DNA from: Octopus bimaculoides
Lineage: Eukaryota
Reading direction: 5' to 3'
Assembly: GCF_001194135.2 (NCBI RefSeq)
Contig: NC_068993.1
Coordinates: 3,031,243 to 3,095,242 of the forward strand
DNA: 64,000 nt
Shown: positions 25,005 to 37,719 of the stretch, in pieces
Layout: the number at the start of each line of letters is the position of its first letter
How positions within the stretch are numbered: position 1 is the first letter of the stretch
The notes under the pieces: generated by a model
The model's input: the letters and a program-made list of their open reading frames with translations, nothing else
What the model was told of the DNA's origin: nothing
The model's database searches: none
Program-made: the position numbers and the translations under genes

Positions 25005-25370
25005 TGTGACCGATGCCAGTGCCACCTGACTGGCACCTGTGCTGGTGGCACGTAAGAAGCACCATTCAAGCGTGGGTCGATGCCAGAGCTACCTGACTGG
25101 CTCCCCGTGTCGGTGGTATGTAAAAAAGCACCGTCTGAATGTAGTTGATGCCAGTGCCAGCTCACTGGCTCCTGTGCTGGTGGTACGTAAAAAGCACTCA
25201 CTACACTCTTGGAGTGGTTGGTGTTAGGAAGGACAACCAGCTGTTGAAACCTTGCCAAGTCAGATTGGAGCCTGGTGCAGCCTCCCAGTTTGCCACTCCC
25301 CAGTCAATCCGTCCAACTCATGCCAACATAGAAAACGAACGTTAGACGATGATGATGATGATGATGATGA
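25005..25370 (+). mobile_element. Retroelement tail (RTE-associated) with three tandem ~66-bp subrepeats and a (GAT)n end
   Basis: GATGCCAG(T/A)GC.A.CT.ACTGGC..C.GTG..GGTGG.A.GTAA.AAGCAC x3 (25012-25200), then GTTAGGAAGGACAACCAGC...GTTAGACGATGATGAT. Confidence 0.8.
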
Positions 25371-25439
25371 TATATATATATATATATATATATATGCTTT
25401 ATTATAGAAGAAACTCACTAATATATTAAGTGCCGCTGC

Positions 25440-26090
25440 CACCGCCACCATCACCACCACCAATGCTGCTGTGTTCACCATCATCATCATCATCATCACT
25501 ATCATCATCAGCAGCAACATCATAACAACCATTAGTTTCAATGTTCGTTTAGCACCAATCCACACTTCCACCACCACCACTACAAACACCAACAACAACC
25601 AAAAGTACACCTACACCCCCATGTTGTTGGCTGTTGTTATTATTATTATCTGTGACATTGCCCCCCCCCATACTTCCATCAGTCCCACCCACACCCTTGT
25701 AATTATCGATTTGTCATGAAGCATCACTCACCATTCACTGTTTAATGGGAAAGTCATGTCATTAAGCCACCACCACCACCATCTCCCCACCACATCACCC
25801 CCACCATTCTTACCTTTCTACCACCATTACCAGAATCACCAACACACCCACCATCATACATGCCCCACCCCCATGCCGCCATCCTTCCACCATCATCATC
25901 ATTAGCATTTTACTATCATCATCATCCTCATAAACATCATTACCCTGCTGCATGTCAATACCATGCAACCATCCTACCACTGCACCATCACCACCACCAC
26001 CATCTTTGTACTACCATCCCTCACACCATCGTCACCACCAGGCACCAGTACCATACTGCCACCTTAGTACAACACCACCACTGCCAACGC
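25440..26090. repeat. Cryptic (CAC/CAT)n low-complexity tract
   Basis: Directly visible; source of the His/Thr/Pro/Ile-rich ORFs. Confidence 0.85.
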
Positions 26091-26602
26091 CTCTGCCAAG
26101 TTTTGTACATATTAACAGAGGAAGCCTCTATGTAGTAAAGTGATATGTTAGAAATAACAACTCAATTCCTTTAAATCCCATTACAATTTTTTAAGAGCAT
26201 ATTGAATGATCAAGTCCCAGGCACAGTGAATGTGAATAAATGACACAAAGAGAGTAAAGGACAAGGAAATTGGTAAAAGGTCTGGAGGATAGAGGGTCCA
26301 GAGAAAATGGTAAAACTCATGAAGGAACTATATGTAAAGGCATACATAACGTATTTTCTGCCATACAATAATGGGGCAAATATTTCCAAATCCTGCTGCA
26401 TTTCACATAGAATTTCAGGTCCCTGATGTTTAAATTGACCTGTCTTCTTTTGGCTATAGATTTTGATCGAAAAACTTTGTATATCAGAAAACACAGCTCA
26501 CACCTTACACATTGCTTGAGAGGTTTTTGTTGTTGTCTAAGTTTATCAAGGTGATTTAAGACGAAGTGCTTTCAAGTATACTTTTTTCTTTCTCCTTTCT
26601 AT

Positions 26603-26808
26603 TATCTTGTTTGTTGTTAACACAACGTTTCGGCTGATATACCCTCCAGCCTTCATCAGGTGTCTTGGGGAAATTTTCGAACCTGGGTTCTCATTCCTAA
26701 GGTATTTTTCATTGTTATTATGATTATTTTCAGGTCACTGCTTGGAATCGATCTCGGAATCTTGGGGTTAGTAGCCCATGCTCTTAACCACTATGCCATA
26801 TGCCCATG
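26603..26808 (-). mobile_element. tRNA-derived SINE-like element with a hammerhead-ribozyme-containing 3' region
   Basis: Minus strand: GGGCATA TGGCATAGTGG (A-box) TTAAGAGC..GGG-CTACTAA-CCC (anticodon-like loop) ..CCGAGATCGATTCC (B-box-like), an A-rich linker, then GACAC-CTGATGA-A-GGCTG-gagggtatat-CAGCC-GAAAC-GTT-GTGTT. Confidence 0.8.
26619..26664 (-). ncRNA. Minimal type-I hammerhead ribozyme motif (PLE-type)
   Basis: Stem I GACAC/GUGUU; core CUGAUGA plus one extra A; stem II GGCUG/CAGCC with a 10-nt loop; GAAA; loopless palindromic stem III AACGUU; predicted cleavage after GUU (between 26624 and 26623). Confidence 0.72.
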
Positions 26809-26931
26809 GGCTGCTAACCCCAAGATTCCGAATTCAATTCCAGGCAGTGACCTGAATAATAATAATAACAACATCGAAAAATACCTTAGGAATGAGAACC
26901 AAAGTTCGAAATTTCCCCAAGTCACCTGATG
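26805..26931 (+). mobile_element. Second, truncated copy of the same SINE-like element, head-to-head with the first
   Basis: CATGGGCTGCTAACCCCAAGATTCCG...AATACCTTAGGAATGAGAACC..GTTCGAAATTTCCCCAAGTCACCTGATG is the reverse complement of ~26655-26780 with scattered substitutions. Confidence 0.9.
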
Positions 26932-27531
26932 GAAAGTGCTGCCCATCTCAAGTTCATCTGTCTGACAGCCAGCACCTTGTCTGTGTGTATATACATGTGT
27001 ACATATGAGTGTGTGTATGTTAGGATGGATGCATGCAGACATACATGTATGCACACATATAAATCTGCTTATGCAGCTATCAATGCATCTATCCATCTAC
27101 ATGTCTCTCATCATATCATTCACAAAATCTACCTGACTTCATTGATACCTCTCCCTTTCTCTCTTCACACACACAAGCATTCATACATACACACATACAT
27201 GCATACAAGACAGGGTAGAAATATAGTCAAGTAGACTACAGTAATACCCTGTATGTGTGTGTGTGTGTGGTCATACACGTGCATACACAAGCACCCGACA
27301 TACACCCAGTGTGCCTGTTATGAGCGGATCTTCATATGAGCATAACTGAAGATTGTGACTAAAGAATGCTCCATAATGTCTTTTGTTAAGAACCATTCCA
27401 GGGTTGAAGAAAGGTCTGGGAGTCGGGAATAAAGGACAGACTGCACTAATACAAAACTCTTCATTATACACACTCTGGTATGAGTATATAGACACACACA
27501 TGTATGTAGACACGTTCAGACACACAACGAA

Positions 27532-27593
<62 letters not shown>

Positions 27594-28687
27594 GCATACA
27601 TACATACTTTCATACATACATATGATATATAATAATAGAAAAAGGCATAAAATGAATAAAAAAACGATTATGTAGAAAAAGAAGATATAGTTGAAGCAAG
27701 AGAGAAAGAAAGGAGGAGGAGGAGAAGAAGAAGAATGAAGAGGAAGAAGAAAAAACAGAAGGATGAGAACATGAAAAATAAGAAGCAGAACGATGAAGGA
27801 AAGAGATGCAGATGGAGAAGATAGGAGGAATGATGAGAAGTTGTATGAAGATTAAATGAAGAAGCCAAAGCAAAGAAAATGGTGATTCCGTTGTGAAGCA
27901 ATCATGTTGCTGTTGTTGTTGTTGTTGGAAGAAAATCTGAAGAATTTTGACAAGTATATGCACTCACATGAACCCTAGTCATATTGACTGTAAATATTAT
28001 AATGGCATCACCAAATTTTCTTTACTTTTATTCCAAATTCCATATTTCTTTATATTTCATTGATTTTTATGTTTAACATGCACAAACACACATGTATCTA
28101 TATTTGTGTGTGTATATATGTATATATATTATATGCACATATATATATATATGTATGCATACATATATATATATATATTTATATATATATGCATATATAG
28201 GTATGTATATATGTATACATATATATATGCACGTATATGTATGCATTTGTCTGTCTGTCTGTCTATCTATCAGTCTGTTTGTCAGTCTGCCTGTCTACCT
28301 ATATATCTATCTATCTCTGTCTTTCTCTCTCTCTTTCCCTCTCTCTATCCCTCTCTCTCTCCCTCTCTCTCTCTCTATCTGCCTATGTCTGCCTTTCTGT
28401 CTATTTGTCTATCAATCTATCTATACCCACACACATATTTGCAAGTGAGTATGTTTACATATATATATATATATATTTATATATGTACACATTTAACTGT
28501 CTATGCGTATGCATGTGTGTGTGTGAGTGCACATGTAAAGGCATTTAAGCGTTGCATGTGTGTATATGATTTCTAACTAGACTATTCTACACGAAGAATG
28601 CATAAAAAAGAATAAATATAATTGATGTCTTTAGAAATCAATGACAGAGGCTGAGATGGACATTTTCAGCAGGACGGGGTAGGGTGG

Positions 28688-29040
28688 NNNNNNNNNNNNN
28701 NNNNNNNNNNNNNNNNNNNNNNNNNNNNNNNNNNNNNNNNNNNNNNNNNNNNNNNNNNNNNNNNNNNNNNNNNNNNNNNNNNNNNNNNNNNNNNNNNNNN
28801 NNNNNNNNNNNNNNNNNNNNNNNNNNNNNNNNNNNNNNNNNNNNNNNNNNNNNNNNNNNNNNNNNNNNNNNNNNNNNNNNNNNNNNNNNNNNNNNNNNNN
28901 NNNNNNNNNNNNNNNNNNNNNNNNNNNNNNNNNNNNNNNNNNNNNNNNNNNNNNNNNNNNNNNNNNNNNNNNNNNNNNNNNNNNNNNNNNNNNNNNNNNN
29001 NNNNNNNNNNNNNNNNNNNNNNNNNNNNNNNNNNNNNNNN
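28688..29040. other. Assembly gap (N run)
   Basis: N bases. Confidence 1.
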
Positions 29041-29559
29041 GGATAGGAATGGATCCGGATGGTATAATGCGGTGGTGTATAGCAATTGTCTATGATCGTG
29101 GTGTGGCAATGTGTTGCGATGTAGCGAGATGGTGGAATGATGTAAAGTGATGTGAGAGAGTACGGTGTAGCAGTGATGGGTAGAGAGTGCAGTGGCCTGG
29201 GGTGAGGCGCAGTCGCAGGGGTAGTAGTGTTGGGGTGTTGTGGTAATGTGATGGGAAAAATAGTGGTTTTCGTGTAGTTCTGTGGTGGTGGAGGTCTTGG
29301 TGTGTGTGCAATTGTAAACTGGTGCATATAATGCAGATGAATATAATAGCAAATGTGGGTGGGGACGTAGCTAGGTAAGTTGGTAAGATGGCATGATGAT
29401 GATGATGATGAAGAGGAGGAGGAGGATGATAAGCTTTATGATCATCATCAGTATCATCTTCATCATCATTGTTGTCATCACCATCATCGTTGCGGTCATT
29501 GTCATCATCATCATCATCATCATCATCCTCTTTCTCGTCCCCCTCAACATCAATGTAGT

Positions 29560-29765
29560 TGAGCGTATGAGGGCACCTTTATGGGATTGCTCAGCATTCT
29601 AGAAACCACAGCCAAATTTCCCTCGGACCACCCTCTCCCATCTTGAAAAAAGTGAAGCCATTGGATCATGCAGTCTCAAATACACAATGCCTGAAATAAA
29701 AATGAGATGATCATATTCAAAACCATGACCAGGGTTGACCTGGTGTTAAACAACAACAACAACAA
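29560..29765 (+). repeat. (AAC)n-tailed interspersed repeat fragment
   Basis: Ends GGGTTGACCTGGTGTTAAACAACAACAAC like 2994-3070. Confidence 0.5.
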
Positions 29766-30728
29766 TGGAAGGAAGTTTTAGTGAGTATGGAATCTTAACA
29801 GTAAAGTTGGGCCTACAGTTGCCATGGTTACTGTCTAAGCCTCAATCAGTTCATACACAGCAAATCTACAATTAAAGATGTTCGAAACATGACCATCCCA
29901 CTAATTGTAAGTCATTTGTGTTTTATTTATTCATTTTCTTTTTAACTTTTAAGACACTTCTTTGTGATTGGTTGCATGTCACATGACTGTATGGATGTGG
30001 AATATCATTGGTTCGTTAACGATAATTATTTCTGTTGTTAACAGTCCTAACAAGATTGGTTGCTGTGATGACAGGGATATCAATGATTATGATGATGATG
30101 GTGGTGGTGGTGGTGATGATTGTGATAGTGGTGGTGATTGTGATGATGATAAAAATGTGGAGAGGAGGAGATAGAGGAAAAGGAAAGGAGCAGGATGAAA
30201 GAAATGAGGATCCCTGTTGAGATGATGATGATGATGGTGGTGGGGTGGGACGAAAGTGACCAATTGTGATATTGAGAGAAGCTTCAGTGTATTTGGTGAC
30301 AAAGAAAATGAAGATGGCAATGAAGGGGGAGGAGGAGGAGAGAGAGGTAGCAGAGGAAGAGAAGAGGAGGAGAGAGGTAGAAAAGGCAGAGGGAGGAGGA
30401 GGAAGAGGAGAGAGTAGTATGCTCTTTAGAAACAGTTTTGTTTGACAACAAAGATGGTTGGTGATTTTATCTGTAGAATTCCAAGAACATGTGAGTGTGT
30501 GGCGGGGGGTGGCGGTTAGGATGATACATAATGTGCATAATTTAATCTAGGAGGACTGGGTACATCCTGTATAAAGAATCAGCAGTAAAGAGAGGGTGGA
30601 GACGCAGGGTGGCACAGGACACCCCATTGGCTGTCTGAATAGATTAGAATTTTGTTAAAGAAGTTTTTGATTGTAGAAAAGAAATATAATGGAAATCAGT
30701 TCTTGAGGAGGTGGTCTGCATACTCAGT

Positions 30729-30800
30729 NNNNNNNNNNNNNNNNNNNNNNNNNNNNNNNNNNNNNNNNNNNNNNNNNNNNNNNNNNNNNNNNNNNNNNNN
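30729..30800. other. Assembly gap (N run)
   Basis: N bases. Confidence 1.
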
Positions 30801-30841
<41 letters not shown>

Positions 30842-31409
30842 CTTAATATTGCTTGGGCAACAGCTTGTAGAAAACAGTTTTGCTTTGCTGCATACATTTT
30901 TGCCTTTCATTTGTAGGTTTCCCATTTTACAGTACCATGTCACCTTCAACTCCTAATTGTGTTATTTGTTCCTCGTATTTACTACTTAGTATAAAGGCAG
31001 AACTTCCTCATAAACAATGTTATGTGTGTTTTTCCAGAAGGAGCATAAATGAAAAACAACATGTGAACTTCCTACTCTTGTACATGTAATATACAGTTAC
31101 CCATGAGAAAAACACAATATTCTTTGAGTTGTAGATCAAATTTGTTGCTGACATTTATTTAAAGACATGATAAGAACTGAGTTCTACAGGAAACTGTAGG
31201 GTTTTGAATGCAAAAAGTATTTCTGCAATGGAATCAAGAATATTCTGGGTATAAATGCCTCTTCTGCCCCGCAAAACAACAATCACTTAAAATAGTAGCC
31301 TGAAAAATATGAGGCATTATTGCATGTGTTGTACAGATTCTTCACAAAGAATTTAGTGGATTGTCAACATTTTTGATGTCCTGGATATGCTTGTATATAT
31401 ATATATATA

Positions 31410-31720
31410 TATGCATATATGGGTACAGGATATGACCAACTGTGCAAACAACATGAACTATGTAAACGAATGAATTCAATATGCAAACAACGAGAGAAAA
31501 AATGGAAAACAGGACAAGTAAACATAGAGAAAGGACCTTTCATCAGCTGTCTATCTACTCTGCATTTCGAGCATTCATTGACAATATAAGTCAGTTGCTC
31601 TCATGAAATCTAAAATAAAATTTAGGATTTATGGATGGTCAAAGCTGGGAACAAAACAGGACTGGGGAGACATACAAGGAAACTGAATGAAAACAAACAT
31701 GAGGGTCGTTAGACCAGAAC
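31410..31720. repeat. Copy of the repeat family seen at 836-1344
   Basis: GCATATATGGGTACAGG...AAATGGAAAACAGGACAAGTA...TTTCATCAG...GAAAACAAACATGAGGGTCGTTAGACC aligns with the reverse complement of 1025-1344. Confidence 0.8.
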
Positions 31721-32446
31721 GAGAGGAAAATAGTGAATGCTGGGAAATATATTTTCTTTATAAACAGAAAAGAAAGAAGAGAGAGAAAAAAATATCCAGT
31801 CTTTTGAACTTCCATGTCAGAAAAGAGAGATGGTCACATGAGGAAAAGAAAGATGGACGATTGTCAAGGGTGAGCAATGAGAGAGAGAAAAAGAGAAAGA
31901 GGGGAGTGAGAGAGAGAGACACACATAGATAGAAGATGGTGGTGAACTAGATATGCTTAGTGCCAAAAACATAAATTAGTGTTCAAATGAATTAGAACTT
32001 AAACTCCAAATTCTTCATCCAGGTCAGGTCCAGTGTCAAGACATATAGAAAGATAGATAGATACAGCTACATATATATGTATGTATACACACACACACAC
32101 ACATATGCATACACACATACATATGCACATTCACATACATAGATGCAACTATTGAATATAGCATGCACAATGCCCAATGATATCCGTTATATTTGGTGAT
32201 ATCACTACATTATACATTCCTCTGTGTGTGTGTTGATGGAAAGATGTAAATATTTATGTACACACTCACACACACACACGTATGTGTGTGTGTGTATGTG
32301 TACATAAATAGATAGATAGTTAGACAGATTGCTGTACATATATGTATTGATATGTGTGTATTGTTAAATGAATATTTATATGCAAAAATATGTGTGTAAA
32401 TATATATAGACATGTGTATATCTTCAAGTGTGTGTATGCGTGTGCA

Positions 32447-32492
<46 letters not shown>

Positions 32493-33189
32493 GATACTGA
32501 ATGAATTAAAATTGAAAGGTTTGGCTGATCTTCCTCCTCCTTATATAACATTAGATTCAAAGAAGAAGAAGAGGAAAACACCTAATTATGATTTAATTTG
32601 TCCAGCTCCATATTTCTTGCAGTCATGTAGTCTAAATCTTATAAGTTTTATTAAATTTAGATATTGACTTCTTATACAATATTTATGGTGTACATTTGAA
32701 CAATTTGGAAATTCAATTTCCTCCCAAACGAACCGGCTAACTTGGCTGTTATGCAAGTATGAATACCAAGTCTTCCTTATAATCAAGTCTTGCTAAAGTT
32801 TGGTCTGTCTTGTATCTATGATGATGTCTTTTGGTAATTCAAGAACCGCAGACGGCTGAGTCTGTCTAAACACTTTAAAGTATTTCATTTTAACTCCCCC
32901 TGTATTCTGTGATCAAACTTCGCTGATGTTTAATTTGGTTCTTGACTTCTAGATGTCAATACAATATGGATTAAACATGTATTTGAATAAATTCAATTGA
33001 CCGTAATCATAGATGTACACCCTGCGCTGCTATGATGGCTCACATAAATGGAGGTTGTTGTTGTTGTTGCTGTGTAACCTATATATCAACCCTTGGTCTG
33101 TAGAATTAAGATCAATGACATTCCAGATGCGACCATTCCATGTTTCCTTCCTTCCTATATTTATCTTGTCTTTTAGAAGTTAGTCTTAT

Positions 33190-33432
33190 ACTTTATTAGT
33201 CATTGGATTGTAACCATGCTGGAGCAACATCAGTTGTGAAGCAGCGGTGGTGGGGGTGGAGGGACAAACAGGAACACATATTCGACAGGCTTCCACAGTT
33301 TCCATCTCCCAAATTTACTCATAAGGCATTACTTAGCTCAGGCCTGTTCTTGAAGGCAAGGTTTCCTGCTAAGGGATTGAACCTGAAACCTCGTGGCTGC
33401 AAAACAAACTTCTTGACCCCACAACCATGCCT
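33190..33432 (-). mobile_element. SINE family A, degenerate
   Basis: CCATGCTGGAGCA tail and GAACCTGAAACC..GTGGCTGCAAAACAAACTT..ACCCCACAACCATGCCT head (reverse complement). Confidence 0.65.
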
Positions 33433-33454
33433 TTATCTATATCTTACTATTTCT

Positions 33455-33535
33455 CAAGGTGGTGAGCTGGCTGAAACGTTAGCACACCGTTTGAAATGCT
33501 TAGCAGTATTTTGTCTGTCTTTATGTTGCTTGAAA
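33455..33535 (+). mobile_element. SINE family B head
   Basis: GGTGGTGAGCTGGCTGAAACGTTAGCACACC..GAAATGCTTAGCAGTATTTTGTCTGTC. Confidence 0.65.
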
Positions 33536-33975
33536 ATATGTGATGGTTGTTAACAGGAAGGGCATATAGATGTAGAATAGTCATCTTGAGGAATTCTGTC
33601 TGAGTCATAGAAACATGGACATTAAATGATGATGATGATAATGATGTAAAATATAGCTTCAATATTAATAAAATATTAAAATTAAATAATTTATCAAGAA
33701 CTATATTTAATGTATCACCACAAATTAATAAATGTATTTTGGTCGAATATAAATTTAATTTACTTTTAAATTTAACAAAGAGATAATGAAAACCTTTTGA
33801 AGACTATATGATAAAACAAAATATATATGATTGAATATACAACGATACACACACATGCATATGTGCACACACACTCACACATGTACACAAACCCACGCAC
33901 AAAAACACATACACACATAAACTCACACAATGCATATATCACACTCACACACATTTATGTTTACTGACACTTCTT

Positions 33976-34023
<48 letters not shown>

Positions 34024-34099
34024 TATAAACATAAATATATTCTCATATATTTAAAATATGCAAACACACACGTGCAGACAGTCAAACTCTGACACATAT

Positions 34100-34430
34100 A
34101 TTCAGACTCACATGTACACACACATATGCATGTAGTGGGTGCCTACTACATGTCACCTGCATGTGTGCCTTCTACATGTCACTGGTACCGGTGCCCCTTA
34201 TGTGTCTCCAGCACTGGCCATGGCTACGATTTCATTTGTCATCCCCTCCATGAGACTCAACACCTGCAGATCATGCTTCTTCACTTCATCCCATGTCCTC
34301 CTGGGTCTACTTCTACCACAGGTTCCCTCCACAGTTAGAGATTGGCACTTCTTTACACAGCTGTCCTTGTCCATACACATCCTTTGACCCTACTAGCATA
34401 CACATCTCTCTTGCACACCAGTCTTGATAT
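34100..34430 (-). mobile_element. RTE-clade LINE 3' fragment (ORF2 C-terminus plus start of 3' UTR)
   Basis: MDKDSCVKKCQSLTVEGTCGRSRPRRTWDEVKKHDLQVLSL matches the RTE ORF2 end motif (G.R.RGRP...W...V..DL). Confidence 0.85.
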
Positions 34431-34615
34431 ATATCATCATCACCATTTAACATCTGTTGTTCATACTGGCATGGGTTGGACGGTTTGACCAGGGCTGGCA
34501 AGCAAGAGGGCTGCATCAGACTCCAGTCTGATTTGGCATGGTTCCCATGGCTGGATGCTCTTCCTAATGCTAACTACTCCAAGAGTGTAATGGGTGAACA
34601 GTTCTAGTGTCAACA
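34430..34615 (-). mobile_element. Retroelement tail (RTE-associated family)
   Basis: ATCATCATCACCATTTAAC...CATACTGGCATGGGTTGGACGG...CTGGATGCTCTTCCTAATGC, reverse complement of 25200-25370. Confidence 0.75.
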
Positions 34616-34819
34616 GAATCATTACCAAAATCCCACTTGATGTTCCAAAAAACTTCGGTGGCAGAGTGATGCAACTTGTATTCATACAAGAAAATCACTT
34701 GGTATTGTTCAGTTGTCAACCTTGTCATAAGAGCTGTGGGTAGCAATTTTGAATAATAGTATTGTCTAGAAAAAAAATAAGAGTTAAGAGTAAACACAAG
34801 TAGATACATAGGAACTCAA

Positions 34820-34920
34820 AGTCAACCTTAGTGGAATTTGAACTCAGAACATAAAGACAGATGAAATACTGCTAAGCATTTTACCTGGTGTGCTAAGGTT
34901 TCTGCCCGCTCGCTGCTTTC
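34820..34920 (-). mobile_element. SINE family B head/body
   Basis: AAAGTCAACC..GGAATTTGAACTCAGAACATAAAGACAGATGAAATACTGCTAAGCATTT..GCTAA..TTCTGCC. Confidence 0.7.
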
Positions 34921-36019
34921 AGAAAACAAATATTGATACAGCTAAGCCTAGCAGCCCCTCTTCATTCCATTCCCCACCTAGAAAACACTGTCATTTCTAC
35001 CTCATAAAAAAATAGCAATCATTATTATTTGTTTTGTTTAAAATCCACCTTATGAACACAAAGTAATTGTCAATATCGTATTATGTTTTAATTCCCTATA
35101 TATCACACATAAAAGTTTTTATCCCTAATAATTCTCTCGTAAAATTAAGCACCAAATCATACCATTCCAATAATTAGACAAAATATCGCTAATATATTGC
35201 TGATATTAAAATATTATTACAGCCAGAACCGAACTTGACATCCATTTAAAGGAAACACTATCCACATGTGAACATAATTCTTTAGAATCTGTTAAAAAAC
35301 CATTATGTATGGCTATCACTTTATTATTCAAACATACCCACATATTTTATTTCCAGTGAAATGGTTGCGCTCCTATTTTCATGATTTGACTGCTATTGTA
35401 ACCCTAAAAAACAAGAAGACACCTGTAGATGAAATCCTCAGCACTTATACACTTGGGAAAATAAAAAAATGTAGTGTGATGCCCAGCTGAATTTTAACAA
35501 TATTCATTACATACATAGATATACATAAATACATACTTACACATATATACATATATGTTGAAAAAAACACGTACTATATATAAGCATAAACAAACAGAAG
35601 AAACAAAAAACATACACAGAATGCTGCCAAAACCCTCGTGCGATATCGTCCGAAGGATAGCAGCCATTTCATACAGTGATGAGAAGCAACTGGAAAGAAC
35701 AGGGGACCAAACATGACAGAGGGTGAACATACAAACATGAAAAAAAATATGTGGTATACAAAATACAAATCAAATAATATTTAAGATGAGACGAGTAATG
35801 AACAGACAAGGGACAAAGAGGAAAACAAACATGATGGAATGTAGACACACAAACAAAATGAAATGAAATAAACAGAATAAGGCTAAACACATATATAGGA
35901 TTATAATTATATTTTGTATCACCATAAAACTCACAGAACTGTTCCTCTACAATATTATAAACCTTGGGTAATATTTAAACACAGATAAATAGCATGAAGG
36001 CTGACTAAATTGGCCCGCA

Positions 36020-36670
36020 ACCATCGATATCCAATTACATATAATAATAATAATGATAGAAATAATGAAATTATTGTATATAGTGCTCAGGTGCATTACA
36101 ACTCATCAAAGGTATGTGTACAGTACATAGAATTATGTGCAAAAGTCAGGAAAGTGAACAGTGTGAAAGTCACGATATACATGTGTGCATGTGTATGGAG
36201 CGGGGGGATATCAGGTGTAGTGTTGGCGAATTTCAAAAGCATGGAGGTTTTAAGGGATGCAATGTCTCAGCAGCTAACAACTGATGCAGGTAGTTTGTTC
36301 CATGCTTCAGCAACTCTGAGTGTGAAAAAATGTTTCCGAAAGTCATGGGAGCTTTGCTATTTTATGATTTTGTAGGCATGCCCACATGTGTTAGACACAT
36401 GGAGCTCAAAAAGGTGCTCAAGGTGGTTGTTGGTGTGATGGTTAATAATTTTGTGGGTGTTCACCAAGTCAGTTGCCAGACGTCGGAGCTTCAGTGTATT
36501 TATGTCCAGGAAAATAAGGCGTTCAGAGTACGGTAGATGCCTGATGGAGGGTATTTGCTTGGTAGCACATCTCTGAATAGTTTCGAGGAGGTCAATGTCC
36601 AGACCACATATAGCCTTAAATAGACAGCTGGAGAAAGATCACTGTACGTTCAGTTTGGAATCATTGCAGT
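36020..36670 (-). mobile_element. CR1-clade LINE 3' fragment (ORF2 C-terminus plus UTR)
   Basis: DIDLLETIQRCATKQIPSIRHLPYSERLIFLDINTLKLRRLATDLVNTHKII...NTCGHAYKIIK*QSSHDFRKHFFTLRVAEAWNKLPASVV matches the CR1 pattern (LE.VQRRATK / Y.ERL..L.L..L..RR..DL / TRGH..K / FF..RV...WN.LP..VV). Confidence 0.92.
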
Positions 36671-37467
36671 AACACTTCATGTGTTACCCTTTCATCTTTT
36701 AGTTGCATGAAGAATTCTACATGGCAACACATTGCATATAGTGATGCAATGGAATATCACCTTTGAACAAATAAATATACTCCACTGCATCTAATGAGTT
36801 CGTTTTTCCTCATTTGTTTACAATAAGTTATATCTATGCATATGTATTGGAGAGTCGCATACAAACATATGCATGCATGTATATGTGTAGATATATATAT
36901 ATAGGTGTGTACATGTGTGTATGGATGTGCATGGTAGTGTATTTTTATGTAAACTTTATAGGAATATTTTAGAAACTTATATTTTGTTGGCTAATAATGT
37001 GATTTCTGCCTCAAGCGATGCACACAATCATCCATATATACATACTCTCATTCATGTGTGTGTGTGTGTATATATATATAAATATATAAGTACATATATT
37101 CATAAAATTATATATGCATATTTATATGTGTATATACTCGTGTATATTATATATATATATCATATATATATATATGCATACATATATTCATAAATATATA
37201 TTTTCATACGGTTGTTTTCACCAAAATGCATAAATATATGCAAACAGATAGATAGATAGATAGATACATGGATGGATGGATAGATGTAATCTTCCTCATA
37301 TTTCCTGTTTCTTGTGAAAACTCACATAAATCATTAATAAGTATATAATTTTCATTTCATTAATTATTTATCGGCTTTGAAAGAAGAAAGTGTCAGAAGT
37401 TAGATAAGTGGTACATCTAAATCTTCTTATTTATCTCTCCACATATATGCACACATACATATACGTG

Positions 37468-37537
<70 letters not shown>

Positions 37538-37668
37538 TACATATATAAATATATATATACATACAGATATATATGCATATGAATATTTATATGTATGTAT
37601 GTGCACATATCATTATGTATTTATACACACACTCATACACAAGCATATATACTCATATATATATGTGT

Positions 37669-37719
<51 letters not shown>

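Noticed and set aside
30480-30720. Possible GVPQG-like RT remnant on the minus strand
   Set aside because: Motif match is poor and frames are inconsistent.
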